The translations under genes were made by a program, and so were the position numbers. Below the pieces are notes generated by a model. The model had not been told where the DNA came from, searched no databases, and saw nothing but the letters and a program-made list of their open reading frames with translations. A stretch of 63,486 nt of DNA, filler included, from Rhabdomonas costata (taxonomy: Eukaryota), in the NCBI GenBank assembly GCA_019059605.1. It is 57 parts of 57 records of this genome, joined end to end, with 100 filler letters (N's around TTAATTAATTAA, not from the genome) between each part and the next. Parts side by side here need not be neighbours in the genome. Positions count along the whole stretch, not along the records: positions 1 to 1,016 come from JAHMHO010033372.1; positions 1,117 to 2,132 come from JAHMHO010033373.1; positions 2,233 to 3,248 come from JAHMHO010033374.1; positions 3,349 to 4,364 come from JAHMHO010033375.1; positions 4,465 to 5,480 come from JAHMHO010033376.1; positions 5,581 to 6,596 come from JAHMHO010033377.1; positions 6,697 to 7,712 come from JAHMHO010033378.1; positions 7,813 to 8,828 come from JAHMHO010033379.1; 49 more parts are not named here. One strand, written 5' to 3'. This document shows, piece by piece, positions 1 to 12,277 of this stretch. Numbering within the stretch: the first letter of the stretch is position 1; each line of letters opens with the position of its first letter.

Positions 1-59
1 TGGTTGGGGTTGTGGGGGAAGCACTGAGGGAAGCACAAGCACCGCGGCTAAGGGGCCGC

Positions 60-545
60 GGGCGAGCAGGAGCTCCTCCAGGAGGGTGGTGTTGCGGAGA
101 TCCCCGTGCACCAGCTCTACGTGAAGGGACTGCAGCCGGGTTGGACAAACCTGGAAGTCCGAAACAGCACTGGGCGAGGAATGAGAAGTTATGTGAATTT
201 GTTGAGTTGAGTGAGTGCAGAGAGTTGGTGCCAGTGTGCAGGAAAAATCACACAGCATACCCTATCCCAGTTGTCCAGGGCGAAGACCTTTGCGCCCAGA
301 GCGACCAACTCCTTTGCGACGCCATAGCCCACCATACCGCCCGCGTGGATCACCAGTACCTTCACTGTTTCATTGAGGGCCAGTGCGAGTGTGCGGCTGG
401 GCAAGGGCTCGGCGACGGGCGACCCCAAGAGCCATTGCACTAGCCCTCCGGCCTCCAAAAAGTTTCTCCCAAGAAGAACGTTCAACCCAAGTGTCGTGAC
501 AAGAACCACAGCCGCGACCCGCAGAGTGTAGGAAAACACCTTCAT
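60..545 (-). CDS. NAD-dependent epimerase/dehydratase with N-terminal membrane anchor (nucleotide-sugar epimerase-like); exons 545-261 and 150-~60, 3' incomplete
   Basis: Rossmann-like KVLVIHAGGMVGYGVAKELVALGAKVFALDNW, donor AGG|gtatgc at 260, acceptor ttccag|GTT at 150, in-phase continuation VELVHGDLRNTTLLEELL. Confidence 0.65.
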
Positions 546-1016
546 TGCGCAGTAAATTGGATTATCCACTCTTGGGATCTCAGGAAGGAACCGTCCATAA
601 CCGTCTCTTTCGGTCAGCCATTGAGGGCCAACAACATGCGCATGACAAGCACAAAAATATCCCAGAAAGAAGGGGAAAAGGAGAACGAAAGAAAAACTCA
701 AAATCAGCAGCAAATTTCTGGATATTCTTTGACCACTTCAGCGACTTCTCGCTTTTTGTGCCGGGCTGCAGCCCTCCATCCCGCCTTGCTTTCGAGGGAA
801 GCTCCAGTCTCAGTCCAGTTCTCAGTCCTCAGATTCAGAGTCCAGTTCAGGTTCAGAGTCCCCAGAACTTTTTCCCCTCCTTCCACCTTCTCCAACCCAG
901 CCGCAACGGAGGTTCCTTTATCCCCTCGTGAGGTGCGGTATGCGGGGCTTTCTTCCGTTCCGTGGGAAGAGAATGCGAACAACGAGTTTCCAGGTGAAGC
1001 TTGTACCCAACACCAC

Positions 1017-1116
1017 NNNNNNNNNNNNNNNNNNNNNNNNNNNNNNNNNNNNNNNNNNNNTTAATTAATTAANNNNNNNNNNNNNNNNNNNNNNNNNNNN
1101 NNNNNNNNNNNNNNNN
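1017..1116. other. Artificial contig-joining spacer (N44-TTAATTAATTAA-N44); first of 56, the last being 62371-62470
   Basis: Identical 100-nt linker with stops in all six frames recurs about every 1115 nt. The contigs are of near-identical length, consistent with size-sorted concatenation. Confidence 0.99.
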
Positions 1117-2232
1117 GTCGAGTCCAGGAGTACTTCATGCTAGCACCGGAGTGAGCCGGAATGCTTGTGTTTGCTCAAGCTTGCACAAGCGTAGAATGAG
1201 GTGTACTTGGTCTTGGTCTTGGAATAGGCTTGGAATAGGCTCCCTCTGCTTGCCCCCAAAAAGAGAAATACTTGCTAGGTTGCAATTTTGTTGTTGTTTT
1301 CTGTTCTCAGCTCTGGCGCTGCTCAAGCGGACGGCCGCTGGGAGCGGAGCAAGCTATGGATCTGATGCCCCCACACCAAGCCTTCTTCCAGAGTTCGCGA
1401 CGACCAGCCTTGCGGCAGAATCGGTGGAGTCGGCGGCGAGGAAGGTTTTCTATCGGTGCGTGACGCTGCAGTTCCAGGAGAACTACGTGATGGACCTGCT
1501 TCTGGACTGTGACTTCGACTTCGAGATGTGGAGCTTCGCTCTCGCGGTCATGCCCGTCCCCAGACCGGGCGAACTGCCAGAGGTTCCTGTTCCTAACCGC
1601 CACCTCCCATTTTTCCTTGAATTCGGTATGCTTTCATTGTTGTGACGTGAAGGGTTTGCGTCCTGTCCGGCGCGATGTTGCGTTGCTCGCCCACTTGGTT
1701 GTGCTTTCCCTGCGCAAACTAGGTGTGAGCATCTGGAAACCTTTGCTATCAGCTTGATTCCAATGTGTTCCGCTGACATCATTCAGTTTAGCGGACCGGA
1801 CCATCTTCGACGGGTTACCGTTGCTTCCCAAAAGCGCGGTGATGGTGATGGGAGGCTCGCGCTCTGCGCTGCATCCCCTCTTTTTTGTTTTACTCGGCAA
1901 GGGAGCTCTCCTCTTTAGCACAGCACTGTTTACAACAAAAGGTGAACCGGTGGGAAACGCCACCACCAATGACGGGTTTGCTGATTTGCTGCAACAAAAC
2001 GTCTATTCTATTGAACCCTGCTGGTGCATGGGAAGGGCTTGGACTGTAAATCAACATCCGCCACAGGCGTCTCGTCAACCTGCTTAGGTCGCGGAGCCAG
2101 TGCTTCACCCCCACACCCAAACACACCCACACNNNNNNNNNNNNNNNNNNNNNNNNNNNNNNNNNNNNNNNNNNNNTTAATTAATTAANNNNNNNNNNNN
2201 NNNNNNNNNNNNNNNNNNNNNNNNNNNNNNNN

Positions 2233-2885
2233 GGTGTTGTGGCCGGGGTCCCTACCAGGGCCGCAGGAACCTCTCGCTTGAGCCGCTTTAGGATCAGGCT
2301 GGGGCCAAACACACGAATCAGAGCAGGCCCCAAAATGGGAAGTTGCACGACCTGGGTGTGCATGGGTCGGGTCGGTGACAATCCCGCAGGGGAGCACAGC
2401 ACCAGTTTCCTTACCAGCTGAGGAAAGGTCGAGGCGAACATCACCGCAATGGACCCACCCATGGAGACCCCACATAGGTGCACTGGAGTGGGGACCTGCA
2501 GCGCAACTAGAAGCTCTGCGAGTTGTGAGACAAAGAGGTGGGGATCCTCGGGCACCCCCGGGGAGTCGGAAAACCCGCGGCCGTACAGGTCGTACAGCAG
2601 AACGCGGTAGTCATTGGCGGCCAGGCCCTCGGCGACAGGAAGCCAGCCCTCCAGGGGAACTGAGAACCCGTGCACCAGCACTACCACAGGGGCCGTAGAG
2701 GCCTCGGGACCCAGAAACAGGTACCGCACATGACCATGGGATACTCGGACGAACTTACCCGGGGTGGTTCCAGGGGCAGGGGGCTTGCGGGAAAGATGAC
2801 CCCGAGGAAACCCGAGGAGGTACGCCGTGGTGGCAAGCACACAGCCAGCAACTGCAGCCACAGGTACTAGAAGGGAAACGCTCAT
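2233..2885 (-). CDS. Alpha/beta-fold hydrolase with N-terminal hydrophobic anchor, 3' truncated by contig end
   Basis: VVLVHGF oxyanion motif, YDLYGRGFS, nucleophile elbow GVSMGG (GxSxG), ATG at 2885. Confidence 0.9.
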
Positions 2886-4464
2886 CTCTGCGCTCAGAAG
2901 AACGAAAACCGACACACAGGAGCAATTGCTGCGGAAAAGGAAGCTGAGCGAAGCGCTGCGGAGGATGCCTTCAACCGCCAACCACTGCTGTACCAATTTC
3001 AATGACTGAGTGAGAGAGGGAGAGAGAGAAGGAGGGACCAAAAAGTGAAAATGTAAACCCGAAGAAATTCTCATAAGTTAGCCCACTTTGAAACCTAAGA
3101 ATCAGTGTGAAAAAAGGCAACCATGATTAGTTCCGGGATTTCCTTTCGCTGCGGTTGCGTTGCCGAGTAATTTCCTATGGCTCCAAACAAGAGAGAAAGG
3201 GACGGAAAAACCACAAAGCCGCAACTTGCCTGCTCACCCCCCCACACCNNNNNNNNNNNNNNNNNNNNNNNNNNNNNNNNNNNNNNNNNNNNTTAATTAA
3301 TTAANNNNNNNNNNNNNNNNNNNNNNNNNNNNNNNNNNNNNNNNNNNNCCTTCCTCGACATCAGCGACCTCTCCGCACACCCTCACCGCCACACTCCTGC
3401 CCTTGCCGGCCAGTCCCATGATGACGGGTAGCCCCCTGTCGTGGGGGTCCCGGGAGACACACAGCCCGAGCCCCGCTACTGGGAGCTCGGCGGAGAGTCC
3501 CAGCCGGGCTTCATCCCGGGGTGGGGGAGGCGGGCCCTCCTCGCCGAAGAGGCTGAGGGCGTGGGCCCGGGCAGTGTTTGAAGGGGTCGTGCCCCTGCTT
3601 GCGGCGTACTACGACCGTGTGAGCCTCAGTGAGGGAGAGGTCTGCTTGGACCCCTCCCCCCTCCACTGTCTCTGTGTGTTCGGAAAGGGTTTAACCACTG
3701 CCCATATAGCGGCTTTTGTCGTCTGAGATTGGCCTATGGCTTTTTTTTTTAAATTAAAAGGGACCTTCTTAGAGGCAAACTTCTCTCTGCCTGTGTGCAT
3801 CCTCATCTGGAAGTCATGGCCGTGCGCGGTATTGTGTGGGCAGAGATATTTGGGGTCGGGGTATGCCTCAAAAGGTTGAGCAGCGACTGACGGGGGAACG
3901 ATGGGGCGGCCAGGAATCCCCGGCGAGGAGCTCCTCCCCTCTTGCCGAACACCAGCTCGCGCTGCTCGACGACATTGCTCGGGTTTGCATGGGAGGGGGG
4001 AGGCGCATGCGTCTGTACTGGTCGACACCCATTTGAACCCATTGTTGGTGTTCCCTTCTTGGAAACCTTTGTTTCGTCGATCTTGGATGTGTTCCACGCA
4101 CAGTGCTAAATGCGCGGGGGAGCCAGCATGCAAATATACCGGTTCTTGCGGGAAACAGAACCAAGGTTTGCTGCGATGCTCTTTTGCTATGGAGCTTGTG
4201 TGGAGTGTGCTGGCGGTAAAAGGAGTGTCTTGCTGCCCCGCAGGCTGCCGCCCGGGTCGTGGACTCGCCCAGCCTGCTTCAGCACATCACCCGCGCCCAC
4301 CTTGGTCACCTGCAGCAGCTCCTGCGGAAAGTCGGAGAGGTTCCCCCCCCTCCCCACCACACACNNNNNNNNNNNNNNNNNNNNNNNNNNNNNNNNNNNN
4401 NNNNNNNNTTAATTAATTAANNNNNNNNNNNNNNNNNNNNNNNNNNNNNNNNNNNNNNNNNNNN

Positions 4465-5446
4465 TGCGGAAGCGTTTTTGACATTTGACGTGGAAAAATG
4501 TGGTTTGGAGGTTGGAGAACTTGCGAATGAAGAATGGGGATTTCCAAGATTATCATCAGCAGTTTGTGACGGGTTTAGGACTTTTGAAGGGTACGAGATT
4601 TGAAGGTGACGCGCAGCTGCAGTACTTGTTTGTGAGGGGATTGGAGTGGGACATCCAGGCGAAGGTGATGGCGGATGATCCGCAATATTTGGAAGAAGCA
4701 ATTGAAAAATCCTGGGATTATTATTGCAAGCCGAGACCTCCGCCCCAAGTGATTGTAGCAGTGCCAGAAGAGTCGCTGAGAAAGCCCGTCGCTGCTGAGG
4801 AAAGAGGAATGGAGTTGGGTACAATGATGTATGGTTATACTCCATTCTCAGGAAGCACGGAGTTTTTGACATCAGGTAGCAGAGACCAGTCAGCTCCGAA
4901 GTTTTCGTACGGTTCAGTGAGCAGCTCAGTGATTAATTGAATTCCAAATCTCTTTCGGCAATGTCAACAACTAGACCACAGTTAGCGACGACTGCTCCCG
5001 CGCAATCAGTGATATTTACAAACCCTAGGGAGCCGAAGTTCAACGCAGCAAGAACCCCCTCGCTGAATTGCAGGCCTAGCTTTGGAAGAGTGGAAGGTAG
5101 CTTCAGATGAAGAGGATTTGCTGGAAGTGGTCGAGGGTACGTGTATGCGAGATCGCTTTCACCAGGAAGAGGCTGTAGACAGAGAATTCCGACCCCGCCA
5201 TCACAGAGGCCAATGTCGAGACCACAAGTGTCAGCGAGTTCTTTGGAGTCTGGTGAGAGATCTTCGTTTGCTCGATCAGGACTGGAGGACGCCAGACCTC
5301 AGCAGCCGTCGAGGTTTTGTTTTTACTGTGGTAACACTGCACATGTGTATCGCGACTGCGATCTGGCGAAGGCAGAGCTTTTCGGAGTGTCGTTGAGTCA
5401 GCATGGGAGCACTGTGTTTGGAAAAAGACCCGAGAGCCCAAAATAG
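4465..5446 (+). mobile_element. Degenerate retroelement gag-like sequence with CCHC zinc knuckle
   Basis: LQYLFVRGLEWDIQAKV...LEEAI capsid-like segment, GMELG motif, and CFYCGNTAHVYRDC (CX2CX4HX4C) at 5318-5359. Broken by a stop and frameshift. Homologous to 40151-41089. Confidence 0.7.
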
Positions 5447-5600
5447 AGGTGGCCGGATGCTGGGCCTCTCCCACCCCAACNNNNNNNNNNNNNNNNNNNN
5501 NNNNNNNNNNNNNNNNNNNNNNNNTTAATTAATTAANNNNNNNNNNNNNNNNNNNNNNNNNNNNNNNNNNNNNNNNNNNNTCGTTCTGTTCTACGCACAG

Positions 5601-5702
5601 GTTCTGCGGGACACAACTTGCATAGACCTTCGGCAAAAAGAGTGCGTCGACGCTGTCATTTCGAACGGGGACTCGATGCTTTCGCTGATTAATGACATTC
5701 TG
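5601..5702 (+). CDS. Exon of a sensor histidine kinase (HisKA domain, second helix)
   Basis: gcacag|VLRDTTCIDLRQKECVDAVISNGDSMLSLINDIL|gtttgc matches the hybrid-kinase pattern Q.E.V..I..SG..LL.LINDILD. Not in the ORF track. Confidence 0.75.
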
Positions 5703-8700
5703 GTTTGCTTGCGGTTTTTCCGCGTGCTTCCGGTTTTCGAAGTGCGTTGTCGATAGTGGCAAGACAAGTGGGAAGGCAAACCTATTCCATATTGCTGCAC
5801 GTTGATAACGCCGTGAGATGCAAATTGAGAAGTGTACGACGAGATGTTTTGGTGAGCGTTGCGAGGCAAGACAGCGACGATAATGTCGTAATGTCACAAT
5901 GTCCCAACTGTTACTGCACGTCTCAACCACCATGAAAGCAAGGTGAGCGCCACTCATTACCAGCCCACACTGTCCAGTGCCCGCAGGACACAAAGAGCAG
6001 CAGCAAGCTACAGCGCTGCACTCTACAACCAGGGCGAATGTTTCACTGGTGTGGCTTGTTGTTTTTGCCTTGTGCTGTGGTGCCGGACATCGCGCGGGGG
6101 TGTCTTGAGCATGTGGTTGTTCTGTCACCAAATGACGAAACTGCGTCCTTTGCTTGAGGAGCCACACCTCGTGACCCTGAGCATGGTCACAACAACCACG
6201 CACTTACTACGAATGTTATTTTGGGTAGAGTAGAACAACTAACTGCCGGGGCTGGTTCAGTGCAGAGGAGAAACCAGCAAACCGAACAGTCGCCATCGCA
6301 GACACGAACAATGCACAGAAACTCGCAATCCGCACAACGCAGAGACTTGAACGCTGCAGCAGAGTATTACCCTCGTACCCAAAGCCTAGCAGTACCGCGA
6401 CTCTCGAGCGACGCAGAAGTCAAGAGCCACAGCACTTCCGCCAGTCCCGGTAACACCACAGCGAGAACTCCAACAAGCTCACTCCTTCCATATTCAGAAT
6501 TTATTTGAAGTACTAAACCTCGGCAGTACCCGTGGATCAGAGGAGACTCCGTGTGGCTACAACACCAGCATTGGACGCAAGAGCAGCCACAAACACNNNN
6601 NNNNNNNNNNNNNNNNNNNNNNNNNNNNNNNNNNNNNNNNTTAATTAATTAANNNNNNNNNNNNNNNNNNNNNNNNNNNNNNNNNNNNNNNNNNNNTGTG
6701 GTTTGTTGTGTGAGCAAAGAATTGAATTGATTTGAACACTGAGCACCCCCACATTGAACTTTGAAGTCGGTGCAACCCTGACTCCACCCCCAAAACAACC
6801 CTCGGAAATTGACCACCCCCAAGGCAGGTAGTTGGGAAAGAAGCAGAGCGCACAAATATAATTTCCAATTCGCCGCCAATTTGATTGCCAGATGGTCAAG
6901 AGCTACACCGCGAACGCCACAGTCACCCAGCCGCTGGCCCTCACTTCGGCTGGAGTTTGCGCCGGTGTCGACACCACCTAATGGTAGGTCGTTTATGAAG
7001 AGAACAAAACCAAATATTTATGCACACCAAGACTGGGTTCGCCAATAAAATCAGTTAAAATAGCGTTTTGATGAAAAAACCCGAACCTTGTCGAATGTTG
7101 AGGACGTCCACAGTAGGAGATAATTTACTACGTCAGTTCCTTTCATCGGGGACGTCTTTTGCATTACTTAAATGTCTCACTACCATTCTGCTCCCCCGCA
7201 TCTTCACTGGCCACACTATGGCTTCATGTCTGGGATGGACTGGAGATCGTATGTGAGCAGTTTTCTTTTAATGCAGAAGGGTGTTGAGGGGGTGTTGAGG
7301 GCATTTTGCGACATCTGTGGCATTGTGGCAAATTGTCCCTTTGTTTCGAGTGGTAAAGTCTTGAGTTCGTTTTGGTAAATAGGTTTTTTACTGTTGCGGA
7401 ATTAATCACCTACAACCTTTGGTATCCGAACAGAGGCCTTGCAGAGGCCAAGGGTGTTAGACGTCGAACGGCGCCCCCCCCCCTCCCCATTTCTGCATGA
7501 GCCCTTTCTCACGTACTGGGCTTATAGATGTGAAGAAAGGAAAAGGCAATAATTTACAGCTGTGTTGTAATTGAAAGCAAAGCAAACTGTACTGGTACAG
7601 ACTTCAAAAAAAATGTGGGTGGGGGGGCGGGCTGCTGGGAAAGGCATCCTTTTTCGAATAGTTGTTCAGGAAAGGGAGCAGCACCCAAACGAAAGTTGAA
7701 AAGAACCGAACGNNNNNNNNNNNNNNNNNNNNNNNNNNNNNNNNNNNNNNNNNNNNTTAATTAATTAANNNNNNNNNNNNNNNNNNNNNNNNNNNNNNNN
7801 NNNNNNNNNNNNTTTTTTTGGGAGGACACATAAAGCACCAAATTGCTGTTTTATGTGTCCTCTCAAATCCAAACTGCATCGAATCCAACATCCACAAAAA
7901 ATCGCCTTCCCAGACGACTTGACCATAAAAGAGCAGGAGCCCTTCTCGGCCTGTCTCATCACCTTACAGGACAGGACAGCCGACGCACTCCTCGCTCGCC
8001 TAGCAATTATTCACGATGTGGGCCCCCCCCCCTACGTAATGAGAACTGAGGATCAGTGTGCCATGCCATTTGTCGAACGACGGCTGGCGTATGGTAGTGT
8101 TGGTGCTTTCTGGCGCTTGTGTCTTCCGGACGGGGGGGGGGGTCAGACTATTCCATCGCGATCTCGCTTCCCCTGGTCTCCGCCACGGACTACACCCTCA
8201 GCCCCGAAATGCAAGCCTACTTCGACCGCTTCAAGGCTGCATCGCTGTTCTTTGAGGATAGCATTGCAGCCGCCAATGGATACGTCGCTTCGCTCAAGAG
8301 CTAAGCTGGAGTGTCCGACAAAGAATTTCCATTTGCCCCTTCTTCAACTTTTCCGTCCTCTGCGGGCCTTCGCGACCGTCCTCCCGTTCCTTTCCTCTCA
8401 GCTGCTGCAGATTAACCATTCTGAAATTCTGAAGCCCCTCGGTGGCCAGAGCGCTGCTAGTCCAAAATGCCTTTCTCAGTTCCCAGTGTTTGTTTTCGTT
8501 CCCAGTGATTGTGTGTGTGCTGTCTCCGCCCTGTAGTGCTTGCATGTTTCGCTCTGATGCTGTGAGGAAACCTCGACATTGTGGGTTTCTGATGTGACGA
8601 CGAAGCATTCGGTTCTGTTTGGTGGGTTGGCAGTGAGAGGCGCAATAATGACGAGGAAGTGTGCTTCACCTCGAAAGAAAGAAAAGGGTTAAGCTGAAAC

Positions 8701-9657
8701 TCGACCCCCCTCCCCCCGTGAACCACCCCTGTGGTTCACGTTCATGAACCAGCTGGTTCACGTTCGTGAACCAATATCAGAGTCCAGCCTGCAACGAAGC
8801 CCAGGGGAAATTCCCCGCCCCCACACACNNNNNNNNNNNNNNNNNNNNNNNNNNNNNNNNNNNNNNNNNNNNTTAATTAATTAANNNNNNNNNNNNNNNN
8901 NNNNNNNNNNNNNNNNNNNNNNNNNNNNGTGTTGGGGGAAAGCCCCGACCCTCGGATCAAGGGGCAAAAGCCGTCAAGGCAGAGAAGTTATATACGTGGA
9001 AGAGTAAGGGATAGAAGGTCGACCCGGTGAGCAGAGTGGGTCAAAAGCCCTGGCGAGGCAGCGAGAGAAGGGCAACGGAGGAGGAGATTCCAATGGAAGT
9101 GGCAGAAGAGTAGTTCAGAAGGGAGGACAGTCAAAGAAAAGGGGAGCCGAGGGCCAAGGCCAGAGACAGAAGGGTTGCAAGAGTAAAGCGGCAGAGTTGC
9201 ATGGAAAAGACGTTTTTGCACAAGAGAGTTGCATCGAACAAAGAAGAATTCGGGAAAGCTCGAAGATTATGACAAGAATGTCGCGATGACGGAATTCAAT
9301 GAAAGTGAACGTCTTCAAAAGAAAAAATTCAACTGCATCAAAGGGTGTTGTTTTGCGAGTTCTCTGGACCAGTTTTTCGGTCAGAGTGGTCATTTTGTTG
9401 GATTAAGGTTTTGCTGCAGACGAAATGGGATGGGAAGAGGCTGATCAAAGGGTTTGGTCGTTGATTTCCTTTGTTCGTGCTTTTGTTGGTTGTGCGTTGT
9501 AATTAGGTTGCAATGGAGAAGGGCTGAGGCGAAAGAGCCGGCAAACCCAGGGAGGTAGAAGTGTGGGGATTGTAGCTGTTGCCGTTGTTGTGGTAAACGC
9601 TGCTGTGCTGGAACTGTTGCGGAGTAAATGCTGCGTGGGACCCAGCCTGTGTTAAGG

Positions 9658-9696
<39 letters not shown>

Positions 9697-12277
9697 AGGT
9701 TTAGCAAGAGTCGCAACCAGCAATTCTCCGTGAATAAGCATGGTCCGCGGCCGCGAGCCCGCAGAAATCAAGGCACCATGTTCCCCATTGCTAGGCTCGT
9801 ACCTCCTTGCCCTTATGTTGGTTTGCGGTTTGACCCCAAGGCGGTCAAAAACCTGAGCTAAGGAAAGAGATTTCCACGCCGCAACCCTTTGCACAACGCA
9901 CCCAGGCACACGAGTAAAAACAAAAAAACCAACCACACCCAACACNNNNNNNNNNNNNNNNNNNNNNNNNNNNNNNNNNNNNNNNNNNNTTAATTAATTA
10001 ANNNNNNNNNNNNNNNNNNNNNNNNNNNNNNNNNNNNNNNNNNNNGGGGGGGGTGGGCTGGAATCTGGGAATCTGGGAACCTGTTCCTCTCCATGTATGT
10101 GTGTATTATGGGTGATTGTCGCTCGGTGCAGTTTTGCGGTTGGTCTTTGCACCGCGCAGGGAAGGAAGGAAGTTAGCGGCTTACTGGGCTGCGGAGGCGT
10201 GGTAGGGAAGGGTGGTTGGTTGGGGTTAGGACTCGAGGTGCAGGCGGAGTGGGGTAGGGTCTTGATGAATCTCTTGGATCCTTATAGGCATCTTTTTTGT
10301 TTTTTCTTTCAGAATCGGAATCACCCATTCGAACGCCAGGCTTCATCGAACGCTCAGATAAAGGGCTGCCGTCACTCGCCGTATGTGCTTTCACATGTAG
10401 TCTGCCCCTCACTTCATGTCTGTGTGTGTGTAGCTGTTACCCTGTCCGTTGTTGTGGCATTTGCATTTTGCTGGACTCGTGTGGGCCGATTTTTTCCTTT
10501 GGCGGCGCGCGACTCCTGTAAGCTCGAGCTGACTGGCTCGCTGTGCGTTGGAAATGAAAATGTGGTCTCTTCAGTGGCACGGCTCCTTGTGTTTCTTTAT
10601 GGAAAGGGTAGGAGGGAATTCAGCCCCAAGAAGAAAACCTGGTGGGTCGCCACTGCGGGGTGCCTTCCCTTCCACGGCCTTTCGCATGACTTTCTCCGGA
10701 AGTGTGTTGGTGTATTTTAGGTGTCTGGTTATTTTCGCGACTCTCGGTATAATCCTGGGCGCCTTGTACCGGTATAACTCCAACTATGGGCTGGATGTTT
10801 ACAGGTATGGATCCCTTTGTGTCGAACTAAACGACTGGCAACACGACCTCCTGTGGATGCCTCGGAACCACATTTAATTCCGAATTTGCCCGCAGATTTC
10901 CCGTCCCGAGCCCCACCCCCGTTCTGACGGTGCCGCATCATCGGATTTTTGAACAGTGCCCTCATCTGGATATGTCAGCTACACACGCCCCGTCCCAGCA
11001 GTGCTGCACTGATCATTGTGCCTGTGTTACTATGCCTATATCTATCTTCTCACTGTGTGCCNNNNNNNNNNNNNNNNNNNNNNNNNNNNNNNNNNNNNNN
11101 NNNNNTTAATTAATTAANNNNNNNNNNNNNNNNNNNNNNNNNNNNNNNNNNNNNNNNNNNNTGTGTGAAAAGGGGGCGAAAAAAGTCCCAGGCCCCTTTA
11201 CCCACTTACAGCGAGCGTTGCCCAACGTCTGCCATGCCCAACGTCTGCCGCCGTAGGGTCTCCCCCGCCTCGGAGTACACGGTGCTACTGAAGCTAAGCA
11301 GCCCCTCCGGGGCGATTCTCAGCGCCACAGTGGTGCCTCAGCCCGTGGTGCACGCCTTTGCGGTGCCGTACACGTACCATGTCGGACCTGAGCTCACCAC
11401 CAGCCCGGTACTGCTCGTGCAGCGCGACCTGAAGGTCTTGGTCTACCCTTGGGCACAGGTTTTATGTGTTTGTGTGCTGCAGCCGCGCTACTGTCTGCGA
11501 AGAATGGGAGGATGTCTGATGATATTCCATGCAGAGAAGAGTAGTAGTTAGACATAGGCTCATGTTTCAGAGTGAGATTGGGCGCGGCGTCGCGCTTAGC
11601 CTTGGGATTGGTGGAGGTACTATGCCGTTCAACCCATGTAGTTGGTACAATGGGTGTCAGATGGGATTTTAGCTCACAGGCTGCCTGCGAGCCATTACAT
11701 AAAGGTCAATTCAGATGGGTCCAAGTAGTCCTGTTTTCCCCAGCTTTCAGTGGGGCACTGTCGTTCAACCGGCCCCCGAACTCAGTTTTTGCGCAACTGA
11801 AACCGAACTCCTGTGTTATCGATCAGATTGTCAACCAGTTGAGGCTGGTTTGCCCTTGTTTTATGGTGATTCAACTCCTTCGCAACCTGAAAGGATGGAG
11901 GGGATGTAGCCAGGTCATGGTACCCTGGAAAACCAAGTCCATACTATGGTCCAGCCTGTCAATGAGCCGCCCAATGGGGGGGGGGGTCCGCGCCCGCCGC
12001 CGTGCCGTGCGCTCCACAGACGCTGCAAACCTCCCAACATGTGTTACAAACCCCCTCCAAAGGCCGCGTTCTCCGCGGTGGCCTCGCGAGCCGCGAGGAT
12101 CCTATTCCGGCTCACCGATCCCGCCACGGGGTCCTGCCAGGGCTACCGCCTGGAGGCACTGCCCACGCCCCAACCCCNNNNNNNNNNNNNNNNNNNNNNN
12201 NNNNNNNNNNNNNNNNNNNNNTTAATTAATTAANNNNNNNNNNNNNNNNNNNNNNNNNNNNNNNNNNNNNNNNNNNN

